A stretch of DNA of 30,901 nucleotides, taken from contig NW_021832462.1 of NCBI RefSeq assembly GCF_006345805.1, positions 1-30,901 of the forward strand, given 5' to 3'. Source of the stretch: Octopus sinensis. Lineage: Eukaryota. Shown here piece after piece: positions 1 to 11,639 of this stretch (position 1 is the stretch's first letter; each line of letters begins with the position of its first letter). A program made the position numbers and the translations under genes. The notes below the pieces were generated by a model, which saw only the letters and a list, made by a program, of their open reading frames with translations, had not been told where the DNA came from and made no database searches.

Positions 1-539
1 TGCATGTATGTATATATGTATATATGTACGTATATATATATATGTGTGTGTGTGTGTGAGTGTGTGTGTGTGCATGTATGTATGTATATTTGTATCTACA
101 TTGACTTTTCTATATTTTGCTTTAATTTTAAGGAAAAGGCCAATATTAACGAAATACATAGACAGATACGTACATACACTCGTACATACATACAGACAAT
201 ACATAATATATATGTACGACTGCATGAGTGTGTGTGTGTGTGTGTGTATAGATAAATCGAGATATATAAATATATATGCATATATGCATATATATATGCA
301 TATATATAAATGTATATGTGTGTGTATGTATATATATATATATATATATACATATATACGTATAGATACATATACATATATAGATATACATACACACATA
401 TATATATATGTATATGTATATATATATATGTATATGTATGTATACGTATATATATGTATACATGCATACGTAGATAAATACACACACACATATATATAGG
501 CATGTATTATGTGTGTATGCGTGTATATATATATGTATG

Positions 540-583
<44 letters not shown>

Positions 584-1065
584 GTGTGTATATATATATA
601 TATATGTGTTGGTGTGTGCGTGTTGTGTGTGGAGTACGCGTCCGATTATTTTAAAGCAAATTAAATTCAAATATTGGTTAGAGCGTGTATGTATGTATGT
701 ATGTATGTATATTCGCATCTGTGTATATTCGTATATATGTATACGTATTTACTGATATGTGTGTATGTATTTCTGCTTGTATGTTTGTATACACGTGTGT
801 ATATACATACACGTTTGTGCCTGTGTATTTATCTTTGTTTATGAATAAATACACGTATATATATATTTATATATATATATATATATAATGTGTTTCACAT
901 TTATACTTATATCTCTGTAGATGTGCGTATGTGAATGGGTGTGTGTCGATGGCGGTGTGTAACTCTCTTCTCTATTCCTAGAGGGCAGCACTGTTTCCCA
1001 ATTTGGAATTTTCCAAATCCAATTTAGCAATTCCTATTTTGTGTCGTGGCAGAGAAACTTACGCA

Positions 1066-1116
<51 letters not shown>

Positions 1117-1184
1117 ACACACATACATATGTATATACACAAATACATGCGTCTGTATGTATTTGCCACTATACTTGGATGTGA

Positions 1185-1218
<34 letters not shown>

Positions 1219-1632
1219 TTTATCTATATATATATATATATACATATATATACTTATATATATATGTACTCGTGCGTGTGGGCGCGTGTGTATTAAGATG
1301 TTTATATTTTGTGTATGATTATATATATACATATATCCGAACCGCCATATTTGTAAATATAAACATTATATGTGTGTGTGTGTGTTTGTAATATATATAT
1401 ATGTACATATATATGTTTTGTGTTATATATATTTATGTATATATATATATGTGTGTGCATGTATATATATATATATATATATATAGATGTAGATTATATA
1501 AATGTATTTATCTGTATACTTATACGTATTCATATATATATATGTATGTATATATATACATATGTAAATATACATATATATATATATATATAATATATAT
1601 ATGTATGTATATATATACATATGTAAATATCC

Positions 1633-1666
<34 letters not shown>

Positions 1667-1790
1667 ATATATATTATAATAAGGAAGGAAAGACAGACAG
1701 ATAAATAAATAGATACATAACACAGACAGACAGTTACATAGATAGACAGTAGACAGATAGATTTAAATATAGATATAAATACATACATAC
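1..1790. repeat. Compound microsatellite field, (TA)n/(TG)n/(TATG)n/(CA)n, with short unique interruptions
   Basis: Directly visible di- and tetranucleotide runs. The ORFs here (YI/CV/TH repeats) are translations of the repeats. Confidence 0.97.
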
Positions 1791-1849
1791 TTTTACGTTT
1801 GTAAGTGTGCTGGTATATTTATGGAGATTTTCCGTGTGTTCGTGTGAGT

Positions 1850-2436
1850 ACGTGTGTTCGGGAGTAGTTTGAAATCAAGCGATACACGGCCGATAACATC
1901 AACTGAAAATAGACAAGAAGTGATTGCATTAACCAGAAACCAGAAAAGCATGGCGGAGTCTCTGACCTCGAAGTTTCGCCAAAAAACGCTTTTCAGATGA
2001 ACATCTCTAACAAAACTTCCTTTTGCATATCTGTTTCTACCTACTATATACACACAGATATTCAAGTTCACACACACACACAACACACACACACACACAC
2101 ACCCACACACACACACACACACAAATACATACACACACATACACACGCATGCCCCCTCCACATACACACCCATATATATAAATCTTCCGCTATGCATTTC
2201 TGGTTTCTGGCTAATACAATCACTTCTATCAGTCGCCATGATAGATCGTTAGCCCCATCACACATTTTTCTCTCTCCTTGTTTCTGTCCTTGTTTTTTCT
2301 GTGTCCCTTTCTGTAGAAGAGCGTAGGCTCGAAACGTAAAAGCCTTTTTCAGTTCCTCAGCGTTATACTAATACATCTGTTTGTTTTGTACACCACCTGT
2401 CTTCGTCTTTTGTTGTTTTTTTCCGTTAACTCTCCC
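1850..2436. mobile_element. Probable Penelope-like element remnant (pseudo-LTR plus inverted partial copy)
   Basis: 42-bp inverted repeat at 1916-1957 / 2186-2227 (4 mismatches) and a hammerhead-like motif at 2307-2342. 2260-2436 is loosely similar to 10797-10945 and 18985-19170. Confidence 0.5.
2307..2342 (+). ncRNA. Degenerate minimal type-I hammerhead ribozyme motif
   Basis: CTTT (stem I) - CTGTAGA (mutated CUGANGA) - A - GAGC gtag GCTC (stem II) - GAAA - C GTA (palindromic ACGT stem III, GUA triplet) - AAAG (stem I partner). Confidence 0.55.
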
Positions 2437-2458
2437 TATATATATATACATATATATA

Positions 2459-3447
2459 TATAGTGGTTAGTGAAATACATTATCCCTCTTTGAGAGTTAT
2501 CATACAATTGCGGACCTAGCATATAACAGCCGGCCTCCGGCTGCTTAGGCCCTGTTGTGGCCGCTACTCTGATTGGTTTGCTTTGATGCAGTTTTGTCTC
2601 TTGCTTTATTTCGTGCCAATGTGTAAGCCAACCAATCGCAACCTTCTGATAAGGTCCCGTGACACAATTTTCTAGGTTTTCTCTGGAGCCCACTAATCTC
2701 TTTAAAAGGCTAGATCAACAAATCTTTATTCGTCTTTTCTCGTAGACCATTGACCACAGAGCATCCAGTGACAGACAGCCAGTTTCAGCGACAGACAGCG
2801 ACGACACCAACACCACCGTCGCCTTAATCTCAACGTCGCCTTTCTCCACCGTCGCCTTCACCACCGTCGACTTCAACCATACGTACGCATCAACATCGCC
2901 CAGGTTTAAACTTCACGCTGTTTGTGAATACTCCCCAAGGTTAACAGCTCAGTCTACCTGCGAGAACTTTCTGTACCAAGTGACCCGGCATAGCATAGCA
3001 GCCACAACCTCTACACGCGTAGTAACCGGCTCTCCACTTTGTAGCCTCAACTTCATGGTAATAGACCCTCTGCTATTGTGTATCTTGCTACGAATTCGTA
3101 TTATCTTTTACCTTGTGTCTGAACATCCAACTAGCGTCCTGATTATAAACTTTTCTATGCTCTGTATTATGCATGTACTTATAACGCACACATTCTTGTA
3201 CGTTTGATGGCCTGTCAATATTATTGTTCTCTTATATGTACTTATGACAGGAATACACAGCCACACAAGTTAACCTATAAATAAAACCTTTTCTCTCTTA
3301 CATTTTAACGGTTGTGTCGTCTTCTTATTCATTGTGGTCACCCTGATTCTTTATCCATTATTTGTGGCTTCTTTTGTAAGGCGACCGTGCGGTGTTTACA
3401 AGGAGACATTCTTTCGTCATCATCTCCTTTCGTACTGTCGTTCTACA
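2459..3447 (+). mobile_element. Putative solo LTR (about 990 bp)
   Basis: Starts TATAG (likely decayed TGTAG) and ends CTACA, with TATA on both sides. CCAAT motifs at about 2570-2640, a TATA-like CTTTAAAAGG near 2699, AATAAA near 3280, and four short ACCGTCGCCTT-like repeats at 2813-2880. Confidence 0.45.
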
Positions 3448-3678
3448 TATATACATATAAATATATATATATACACAGTTGAAACTGCTTTAATCCTAGA
3501 AAGTATACTAGTCCCTTAATATTTTATATTCAATAAGACAATCAATACATCATTCCATTTTACAATATATATATTATTTACACTATATATTCTATATTCT
3601 ACATTAATATTATAAAGAATATAAATAAAACATAAAATCAAAGTTGGAATTCCTTTGAATAATATATATATATATATT

Positions 3679-3901
3679 CTCTTTTACTCTCTTTTACTTG
3701 TTTCAGTCATTTGACTGCGGCCATGCTGGAGCACCGCCTTTAGTCGAGCAAATCGACTCCAGGACTTATTCTTTGTAAGCACAGTACTTATTTTATCGGT
3801 CTCTTTTGCCGAACCGCTGAGTGACGGTGACGTAGACACACCAGCATCGGTTGTCAAGCAATTCTAAGGGGACAAACCACACACACACAAACACACACAC
3901 A

Positions 3902-3934
<33 letters not shown>

Positions 3935-4166
3935 CATTATATATATAATATATATATATATACATGTATATATATATATATATATAATATATATATAATA
4001 TATATACGACAGGCTCGTTCAGTTTCGTCTACCAAATCCACTCAAAGCATTGGTCGACCCGGGGCTATAGTAGAAGACACTTGCCCAAGATGCCACGCAG
4101 TGGGACTGAACCCGGAACTATGTGGTTGATTAGCAAGCTACTTACCACACAGCCACTCCTGCGCCT
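3679..4166 (-). mobile_element. tRNA-derived SINE family A (CORE-like centre, internal microsatellite), full length
   Basis: Head AGGCGCAGGAGTGGCTGTGTGG with A/B-box-like motifs, CORE-like TTGGGCAAGTGTCTTC, internal (TA)/(TG) tract and (AAAAGAG)-type tail. The family recurs about 20 times in the window. Confidence 0.92.
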
Positions 4167-4254
4167 ATATATATATATATATATATCATTATAAATAAGG
4201 TTTCAGCGCCATTTGCACTTTTATCATGCAGCAGCAGTATTTTTTATTATAATT

Positions 4255-4500
4255 ATATATATACAGGCATATATATATGTATATGCATGTATGTATATGT
4301 ATGTATGTATGTATGCATGTATGTATATATGTAGGTTTGTATGTATATATATGTAAGTATATATGTATGTTTGTATGTATGTATGTATGTTTGTATGTAT
4401 GTATGTATGTATGTATGTATGTATGTATGTATGTATGTATGTATGTATGTATGTATGTATGTATGTTTGTTTGTATGCATATATATGTAAGTATATATGT
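4255..4500. repeat. (TATG)n microsatellite
   Basis: Direct inspection. Confidence 0.97.
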
Positions 4501-4504
4501 ATCT

Positions 4505-4677
4505 AAGGATCAACACAGTTGTGGCAAGAATTTGCTTCCTAGTCGCCTGGTTCTGGCCTGATTTGGTTCAGTGCCACTGCATGGCACTTTGAGCTAGAAC
4601 ATTCTATAACAGCTCCGGACCGACCAAATCTTCTGAGTGGATTTGGTAGACGGGAAGCGAAAGAAGGCCGTCGTATC
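4505..4677 (+). mobile_element. Degenerate family A SINE, 5' half
   Basis: Matches GGTTCAGTGCCACTGCATGGCAC...GAGTGGATTTGGTAGACGGGAA...GCCGTCGTAT. Confidence 0.75.
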
Positions 4678-5125
4678 TTCATGCATAGACTGTCGTATAC
4701 TTACATATATGTTGTGTGGAAAACACGGAGATGAAGAAAATTAAATTAAACTTGTCGCTTAAGGGTTTCCCACTTGCCTGCAAAACCAAGGACATGAAAC
4801 TCATTAATCACACCACAAACGCTTCCATGCGTTAATATGTACATCCTTCAAGCAATGTAAACTTTCATTTAATCAAGATATCCTTGGCCTGAAGAGAAAA
4901 CTGCGGTGTGAATCTCGATTGGATATTTACCTCTTCTGAAGTTCCGCTCGTTATGAAACATATGTAGCCCAGATCTTATCTACTCCTTTCCTAAATTTTT
5001 GTATTCTTATTCATTTACCCGGCATCCCTGGTCGCCTACCGTGAAATATAAAAAGAACTTTTTGTCAGTTAATCGTTCTTGGATAAGAAAAAAAAAACTC
5101 CACCTCTTTCTGTCTCAGTAAACCC

Positions 5126-5345
5126 CTACCCACAAGGGGCTAAACACAGACAGGACAAACAAGGACAGACAAACGGATTAAGTCGATTACATCGACCCCA
5201 GTGCGTAACTAGTACTTATTTAATCGACCCCGAAAGGATGAAAGGCAAAGTCGACCTCGGCGGAATTTGAACTCAGAACGTAAAGACAGACGAGATACCG
5301 CTAAGCATTTCGCCCGGCGCGCTAACGTTTCGGCCAGCTCGCCGA
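5126..5345 (-). mobile_element. tRNA-derived SINE family B (Deu/Nin-like centre), monomer
   Basis: Reverse complement of GGCGAGCTGGC..GAGTTCAAATTCCGCCGAGGTCGACTTTGCCTTTCATCCTTTCGGGGTCGAT..AAGTAC. The similarity to the Deu/Nin domain is recalled, not searched. Confidence 0.92.
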
Positions 5346-5553
5346 ACTTATCTAATCTGATAACCTAAACCACCAAGTCCTACCCCGGGAATTCAGATCG
5401 CACATAATCTCGACAAGGGTCAGAAACTTAAAATATAAAACCCTTAAAGGAAAGCGACCAACCCCGACCTAACCAAATTCGATAAGATTATCGAAAAATT
5501 TCGGAAATACTGCGGAATACTCGTCCATGCTAAGATAAGACATTTATATAAAT

Positions 5554-5847
5554 ACCGATAGAATAAGTAGGAGGCTTAAAAAGAATAAGTCCTTCGGTCG
5601 ATTTCTTCGACTAAAGGCGGTGCTCCAGCATGGCCGCAGTTAAATGAATGAAAGATAAAAGAATAAAAAAGAATATATGTGTGTGTGTGCGTGTGTTTTT
5701 TGCTTGTTTCAGTGATTCTGACTGCGCCCATGCTGGAGCACCGCCTTTAGTCGAGCAAATCAACTCCAGGACTTACTTTTTGTAAGCCTAGTACATATTC
5801 TATCGGTCTTCTTTGCCTAACCGCTAAGTAAACATACCAGCATCGGT
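5554..5847. mobile_element. Two family A SINE 3' fragments, tail to tail (5554-5674 plus, 5697-5847 minus)
   Basis: GGCGGTGCTCCAGCATGG in the first fragment and CCATGCTGGAGCACCGCC in the second. Confidence 0.85.
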
Positions 5848-5860
5848 ATTAATAACAATG

Positions 5861-5936
<76 letters not shown>

Positions 5937-6092
5937 TGATGATGATGATAAGAAGGATGATGATGATGATGATGATGATAATAATAATAATAATAATAGT
6001 AATAATAACAATAATGATAATGATAATAATAATGATAATAATAATAATAATAGTAATAATGATAATAATGATAATAATAATTAATAATAATA

Positions 6093-6142
<50 letters not shown>

Positions 6143-6258
6143 AATAATGATAATAATAATAATGATAATAATAATAATAATAGTAATAATGATAATAATG
6201 ATATAATAATAATAATAATAATAATATAATAATAATGATAATGATAATAATGATAATA

Positions 6259-6342
<84 letters not shown>

Positions 6343-6500
6343 AATAATGATAATAATAATAATGATATAATATAATGATAATAATAATAATAATAACAAT
6401 AATAATATAATAATAATAATAATAATAATATAATAATAATAATAATAATAATAACAATATTGACGGTGATCGTAATAATGATGGTGATGATGATGATGAT
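5848..6500. repeat. Long (AAT)n/(GAT)n trinucleotide array
   Basis: About 650 bp of AAT with GAT and AAC variants. It explains the poly-I/L/Y/N ORFs. Confidence 0.98.
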
Positions 6501-6791
6501 TTCTATAATTTCGATTAATGATTGCATTCTATAGCTGAAACGGATCCGATTTGTAGGAGTCCATTCCAACCATTTAAATAACACATAACATTTTTTTCTC
6601 TCTCTTTTTTCGTTTACGTACTTCTTTACTTTTTACGTTGCCTTTTTTCCCCCGTTATTTGGTGAAGCGTGAAAGAAATTCCTGATACATCAGTGGCCTC
6701 CACATTGATTCAATTCCCTTCCATTGAAGCTTCGCATTGAATTACTTTTCATAATATATTCTTCATATTTCTTTCCTTATTTCTGACATTT

Positions 6792-7012
6792 AAAGCGGCG
6801 AGCGGATAGAAACGTTTGCGCGCCGGTCGAAATGATTTGCGGTGTTTCGTCTATCTTTACGATCTGAGTTCAAATTCCGCCGAGGTCGACTTTGCCATTC
6901 ATCCTTTCGGGGTTGATAAATTAAGTAGTAGTTGTGTACTGTAGTCGATCTAATAGACTAGCCCCTCCCCAATAAATTTTGGGCCTTGTGCCTAGAGCAG
7001 AAAAGAATATTT
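6792..7012 (+). mobile_element. Family B SINE, diverged, alternative tail (GCCCCTCCCC...AGCAGAAAAGAATATT)
   Basis: Head AAAGCGGCGAGC and conserved GAGTTCAAATTCCGCCGAGGTCGAC body. Confidence 0.88.
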
Positions 7013-7707
7013 AAGACGGCGAGCTGGCTGAAACGTTAGCACGCCGGGTGAACTGCATGGCGGTGTGTTTCGTCTGTCTTTAAGCTCTGAGTTCAAATTC
7101 CGCCGAGGTCGACTTTGCCCTTCATCCTTTCGGGGTCGATTAAATAAGTAACAGTTACGCACTGGGGTCGACATAATCGACTTAATCCGTTTGTCTGTCC
7201 TTGTTTGTCCCCTCTGTGTTTAGCCCCTTGTAGGTAGTAAATAAATAGGTATTTCATCTGCCTTTACGTTCTGAGTTCAAATTCCGCCGAGGTCGACTTT
7301 GCCTTTCATCCTTTCGGGGCCGATTAAATAAGTACCAGTAACTGGGGTCGACATAATCAACTTAATCCGTTTGTCTGTCCTTGTTTGTCCCTTCTCTGTT
7401 TAGCCCCTTGTGGGTAGTAAAGAAATAGGTATTTTGTCTGCCGTTACGTTCTGAGTTCAAATTCCGCCGAGGTCGACTTTACCTTTCATCCTTTCAGTGT
7501 CGATTAAATAAGTACCAGTTACGCACTGGGGTCGATATAATCGACTTAATCCGTTTGTCTGTCCTTGTTTGTCCCTTCTGTATTTAGCCCCTTGTGGGTA
7601 ATAAAGAAATAGGTATTTCGTCTGTCTTTGCGTTCTGAGTTCATATTCCGCCGATGTCGACTTTGCCTTTCATCCTTTCGGGGTCGATAAATTAAGTACC
7701 AGTTGCC
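7013..7707 (+). mobile_element. Family B SINE concatemer: one head, three bodies and a partial fourth (period 180-184 bp)
   Basis: Junction GAAATAGGT-ATTTCGTCTG recurs at about 7250, 7430 and 7614. Confidence 0.93.
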
Positions 7708-7717
7708 CTAGCAAAAT

Positions 7718-8422
7718 TAAATATTCTTGTCTGCTGTAGGCAAAAAACTTGGAATTTTGAGGGAGGGGGCCAATCGATTAGATCGACACCAATAGGCAAC
7801 TGGTATTTAATTTATCGACTCCGAAAGGATGAAAGGCAAAGTTGACGTCGGCGCGAAATTTGAACTCACAACGTAAAAAACTGACGAAATACCTATTTCT
7901 TTACTGCCCACAAGGGGGTAAACACAGAGAAGACGAACAAGGACAGACATAGGTATTAAGTCGATTATATCGACTCGAGTGCGTTACTGGTACTTATTTA
8001 ATCGACCCCGAAAGGATGAAAGGCAAAGTCTACCTCGCCGGAATTTGAACTCAGAACGTAAAGACAGACGAGATACCTATTTCTTTACTACCCACAAGGG
8101 GCTAAACACAGAAGGGACAAACAAGGACAGACAAATGGATTAAGTCGATTATATCGACCCCAGTGTATAACTGGTACTTATTCAATCGACCCCGAAAGGA
8201 TGAAAGGCAAAGTCGACCTCGGCGGAATTTGAACTCAGAACGTAGCGGCAGACGAAATACCTATTTCTTTACTACCCAGAAGGGGCTAAACACAGAGGGA
8301 ACAATCAAGCACAGACAAACGGATTAAGTCGATTATATCGATCCCCAGTCTGTAACTGGTACTTATTTAATCGACCCCGAAAGGATGAAAGGTAAAGTCG
8401 ACCTCAGCGGAATTTGAACTCA
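7718..8422 (-). mobile_element. Family B SINE concatemer, headless, four bodies (period 184 bp), last with the alternative tail
   Basis: Reverse-complement junction GAAATACCTATTTC (or close variant) at about 7891, 8075 and 8259. Confidence 0.93.
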
Positions 8423-8487
8423 TTTGGCCGAATTTGTGCATACGACAATTTAGCATAATAACAACGATACATATACAAGTGTTTATA

Positions 8488-8655
8488 CACGACGGGCTCC
8501 CTTTCGCCCCCATCTACCAACTCCACTCACCAGGGGCATTTTTCGACCCGATGCTGGAGTACAAAACACTTGCTCAAAATGCCGCACAGTGAGACCAAAA
8601 CCAGAATCACGCGGCTCAGAAGCTAACTTCTCACCACATTGCCACACCTGCCTCG
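8488..8655 (-). mobile_element. Old degenerate family A SINE 5' half
   Basis: ACGACGGGCT...TCTACCAACTCCACTCAC...ACACTTGCTCAA...CCACACCTGCCT. Confidence 0.65.
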
Positions 8656-9037
8656 TCTGTTTATAATATTTACAGCAAAAATCCATTTATTTATATTTAC
8701 TTTGTTGTTCACAACGAAAACAGAATCTTTTAAAGATATTTTTAAAATCTTAGTCAAAACAGAAATCGCCGAAAGCTATTTTTAAAGTTTATCAGAGAAA
8801 GCAGTTGTTTGTAACTGCGTTTTAATAATGAAATATCGGGGAGTGTCAAAATACATTTTTCCGGTGTCTGGCTGAGAAGCCTTCTCTGTTACTATGCGGT
8901 TTTGACTTCACACCCGGACACCTTATGGTTGGTTTAAGAAAATGTCCTCTTTATCATAATTGGATCAAGAACTGTCCAAAGTAATCTGAGTGAGTGGATT
9001 GTAGATTTTGGTACACGATAACTAAAAGAAGCCTGTC

Positions 9038-9101
<64 letters not shown>

Positions 9102-9111
9102 TATGTATGTA

Positions 9112-9160
<49 letters not shown>

Positions 9161-9230
9161 TTAAATATATATAGATAGACAGATAGATAGATAGATAGAT
9201 AGATAGATTGACAGATATAGATATGTATAG

Positions 9231-9263
<33 letters not shown>

Positions 9264-9481
9264 TCTTTACTACCCACAAGGAGCTAAACACAGAGGGGAC
9301 AAACAAGAACGGACAAAGGGATTTAGTCGATTACATCAACCCCAGTGCGTAACTGGTACTTACTTTATCGACCCCGAAAGGATGAAAGGCAAAGTCGACC
9401 TCGGCGGAATTTGAACTCAGAACGTAACGACAGACGAAATACGGCTACGCATTTCGTCCGGCGTGCTAACGTTTCTGCCAG

Positions 9482-9550
<69 letters not shown>
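9038..9550 (-). mobile_element. Family B SINE monomer (9261-9483) embedded in (TA)n/(TG)n/(GATA)n microsatellites
   Basis: Full body and most of the head match the family B consensus seen elsewhere in the window. Confidence 0.92.
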
Positions 9551-9551
<1 letters not shown>

Positions 9552-10321
9552 TGGCAGGGCTGGCCTGCTAGGTAACCGGCCAGAATGCTAGAAGAAAACC
9601 ATCAACGATCAAACTACAAGGGAAATTCTCTAGAGGAAGAATTCAGCGAACACCAGAACCAACTTTGGCGGGCAGGACATATGAAAATTTAAATAAATAA
9701 CAGACTTAAATGCATACCTCGGTTTCGGTCTTAACAAAAGAATTACTTGCATAATTCAAGTGTCCGTGACTTCTTCAGTACATTCGGTCCTCGTGATGCA
9801 AACTGAAAGACTATCCCCAGCTCTCTGTGTCAAGACAGACACGTGCTTAGTCTTACTGATTACATCGGGAATAAAATTTCAAATGTCTTGGTTCTGGCGC
9901 GCTGAGAGACTCCTGAAGCGAAGGGCTGCAGTGAATAATTCACTGCGGGTAGTGCTTACAACTATTGAACGTATATATTTAAATATTTAAAAATTGAGGG
10001 AGATAAATTAATATTAATTTTAATATCAATTTAAAACCAGTAGTCCAGCATTCAAAAAATCTGAGGAGTCAGAGAAAATTCAAATATATGTGTATATTGG
10101 CAGGGCTGGCCTGCTAGGTAGCCGGCCAGAATGCTAGAAGAAGACCATCAACGATCAAACTACAAGGGAAATTCTCTAGAGGAAGAATTCAGCGAACACC
10201 AGAACCAACTTTTTTAAATATTTAAATAAATACGTTCCCTAGTTGTAAGCACTACCCGCAGTGAATTATTCACTGCAGCCCTTCGCTTCAGGAGTCTCTC
10301 ACAGCGCCAGAACCAAGACAT
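9545..10321. repeat. Local rearrangement: 122-bp direct repeat (9545-9666 / 10091-10212) plus 111-bp inverted repeat (9883-9993 / 10211-10321)
   Basis: By-eye alignment. The direct copies differ at 2 positions and the inverted copies at about 6. Confidence 0.92.
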
Positions 10322-10508
10322 CGCTATTATATAAGGGAAGTAACTCTCTAAAAATGTCTACGATGAGTCAACGATTTAAAAAAAAATTTACCATCATTTT
10401 TTTTCATTTTTAATGCATTTTTTGCTATTTTTTGGCTATAACTCTCTAAAAATGCTTATATAGTTATTTCCCTTACAAACCCGAGCAACGCCGGGCGATA
10501 CTGCTAGT
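10322..10508 (-). mobile_element. Truncated Helitron/Helentron-like non-autonomous element (one end only)
   Basis: Reverse complement begins ACTAGCAGTATCGCCCGGCGTTGCTCGGG and is collinear with 20336-20525. Confidence 0.7.
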
Positions 10509-10796
10509 AATACATAAATACGAAGGGTTTGTTTCAGTTTCTGCCAACCAAGTCCGCTACAAATGCTTCTGTCGGCCCGTGGATATATATATTAGAAGAC
10601 ACGGTACCACGCAGTGGGATTGAACCCGAAACTATGTGGTTGGGATGTAATTTTCTCACAATACAGTTACACCTGAACCTAGGAGAGTTCTTACGAGTTT
10701 ATCCGGCAAATACAATTTTGTGACTCCCATTAACAAATGAAATAGGATGAATAAATTATATCAAACATTTGCCCAACTTACTTTAATGTAACCATT

Positions 10797-10945
10797 CACG
10801 TGCTGTTGGCGATTTCTCTTCCTTCTTTGGAATTTTCTCTTTCTTCTTTCCGACGAAGAGCTATGCACGAAACATCAACCTCTCTCCTTCGACCGAGTGT
10901 CAAACTAATGCATTTTTTGTGCACATCCTCCTGTCCGTTAATTTC
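10797..10945 (+). mobile_element. PLE pseudo-LTR-like fragment with degenerate hammerhead motif (10850-10879)
   Basis: CCGACGA-A-GAGC tat GCAC-GAAAC. Homologous to 18985-19170 (shared GTTGGCGATTT...TTCCGACGAAGAGCT). Confidence 0.5.
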
Positions 10946-10976
10946 ATTTGTTTATCTGAATTTTATGTATACATTT

Positions 10977-11364
10977 AGGCGCAGGAGTGGCTGTGTGGTA
11001 AGTAGTTGCAAACCAACCACACGGTTCTGGGTTCAGTCCCACTGCGGGGCATCTTGGGCAAGTGTCTTCTGCTATAGCCCCGGGCCGACCAATGCCTTGT
11101 GAGTGGATTTGGTAGACGGAAACTGAAAGAATCCTGTCGTATATATATATGTGTTTGAGTGTTTTTGTTTGTCCCCCTAGCATTGCTTGACAACCGATGC
11201 TGGTGTGTTTACGTACCCGTCACTTAGCGGTTCGGCAAAAGAGACCGATAGAACAAGTACTGGGCTTACAAAGAATAAGTCCCGGGGTCGATTTGCTCGA
11301 CTAAAGGCGGTGCTCCAGCATGGCCGCAGTCAAATGACTGAAACAAGTAAAAGAGTAAAAGAGT
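10977..11364 (+). mobile_element. Family A SINE, full length
   Basis: Head, CORE-like centre, short internal microsatellite and AAAAGAGTAAAAGAG tail all present. Confidence 0.95.
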
Positions 11365-11639
11365 ATATAACTATATATGTGTCTGTTTGTGTGTTCGTCT
11401 TCGCCGTGTATCTGTGTGTCTGTGTAAGGGTAGATAGATAGATAGATAAATAGATAGATAGACTGATTGTTAGATCGAAGATAGATATAACAAATTTCCT
11501 ATCATTTTCTCTTTTTCTCCTTAATAAAGAAATCTCATTAAAATTGATGTCCCAAAAGTAAAAGATCAAATTGCCAAGAACAAAAATAAATAAAAATTCT
11601 AAATCTACAAATAATTTATTTTCAAAAAATTACAATACA

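Noticed and set aside
1-1790. Many ORFs of 60-190 aa (YI/CV/TH repeats); likewise at 4253-4561, 5817-6584, 15959-16953 and 20887-22782
   Set aside because: They are translations of microsatellites, open in several frames and on both strands, with no protein-like complexity.
4680-5080. Unique-looking segment with pyrimidine tract-AG motifs on the minus strand (possible exon); similar doubt at 6540-6790 and 24480-24840
   Set aside because: No recognisable peptide, early stops and no convincing donor site. Cannot be excluded without RNA-seq.
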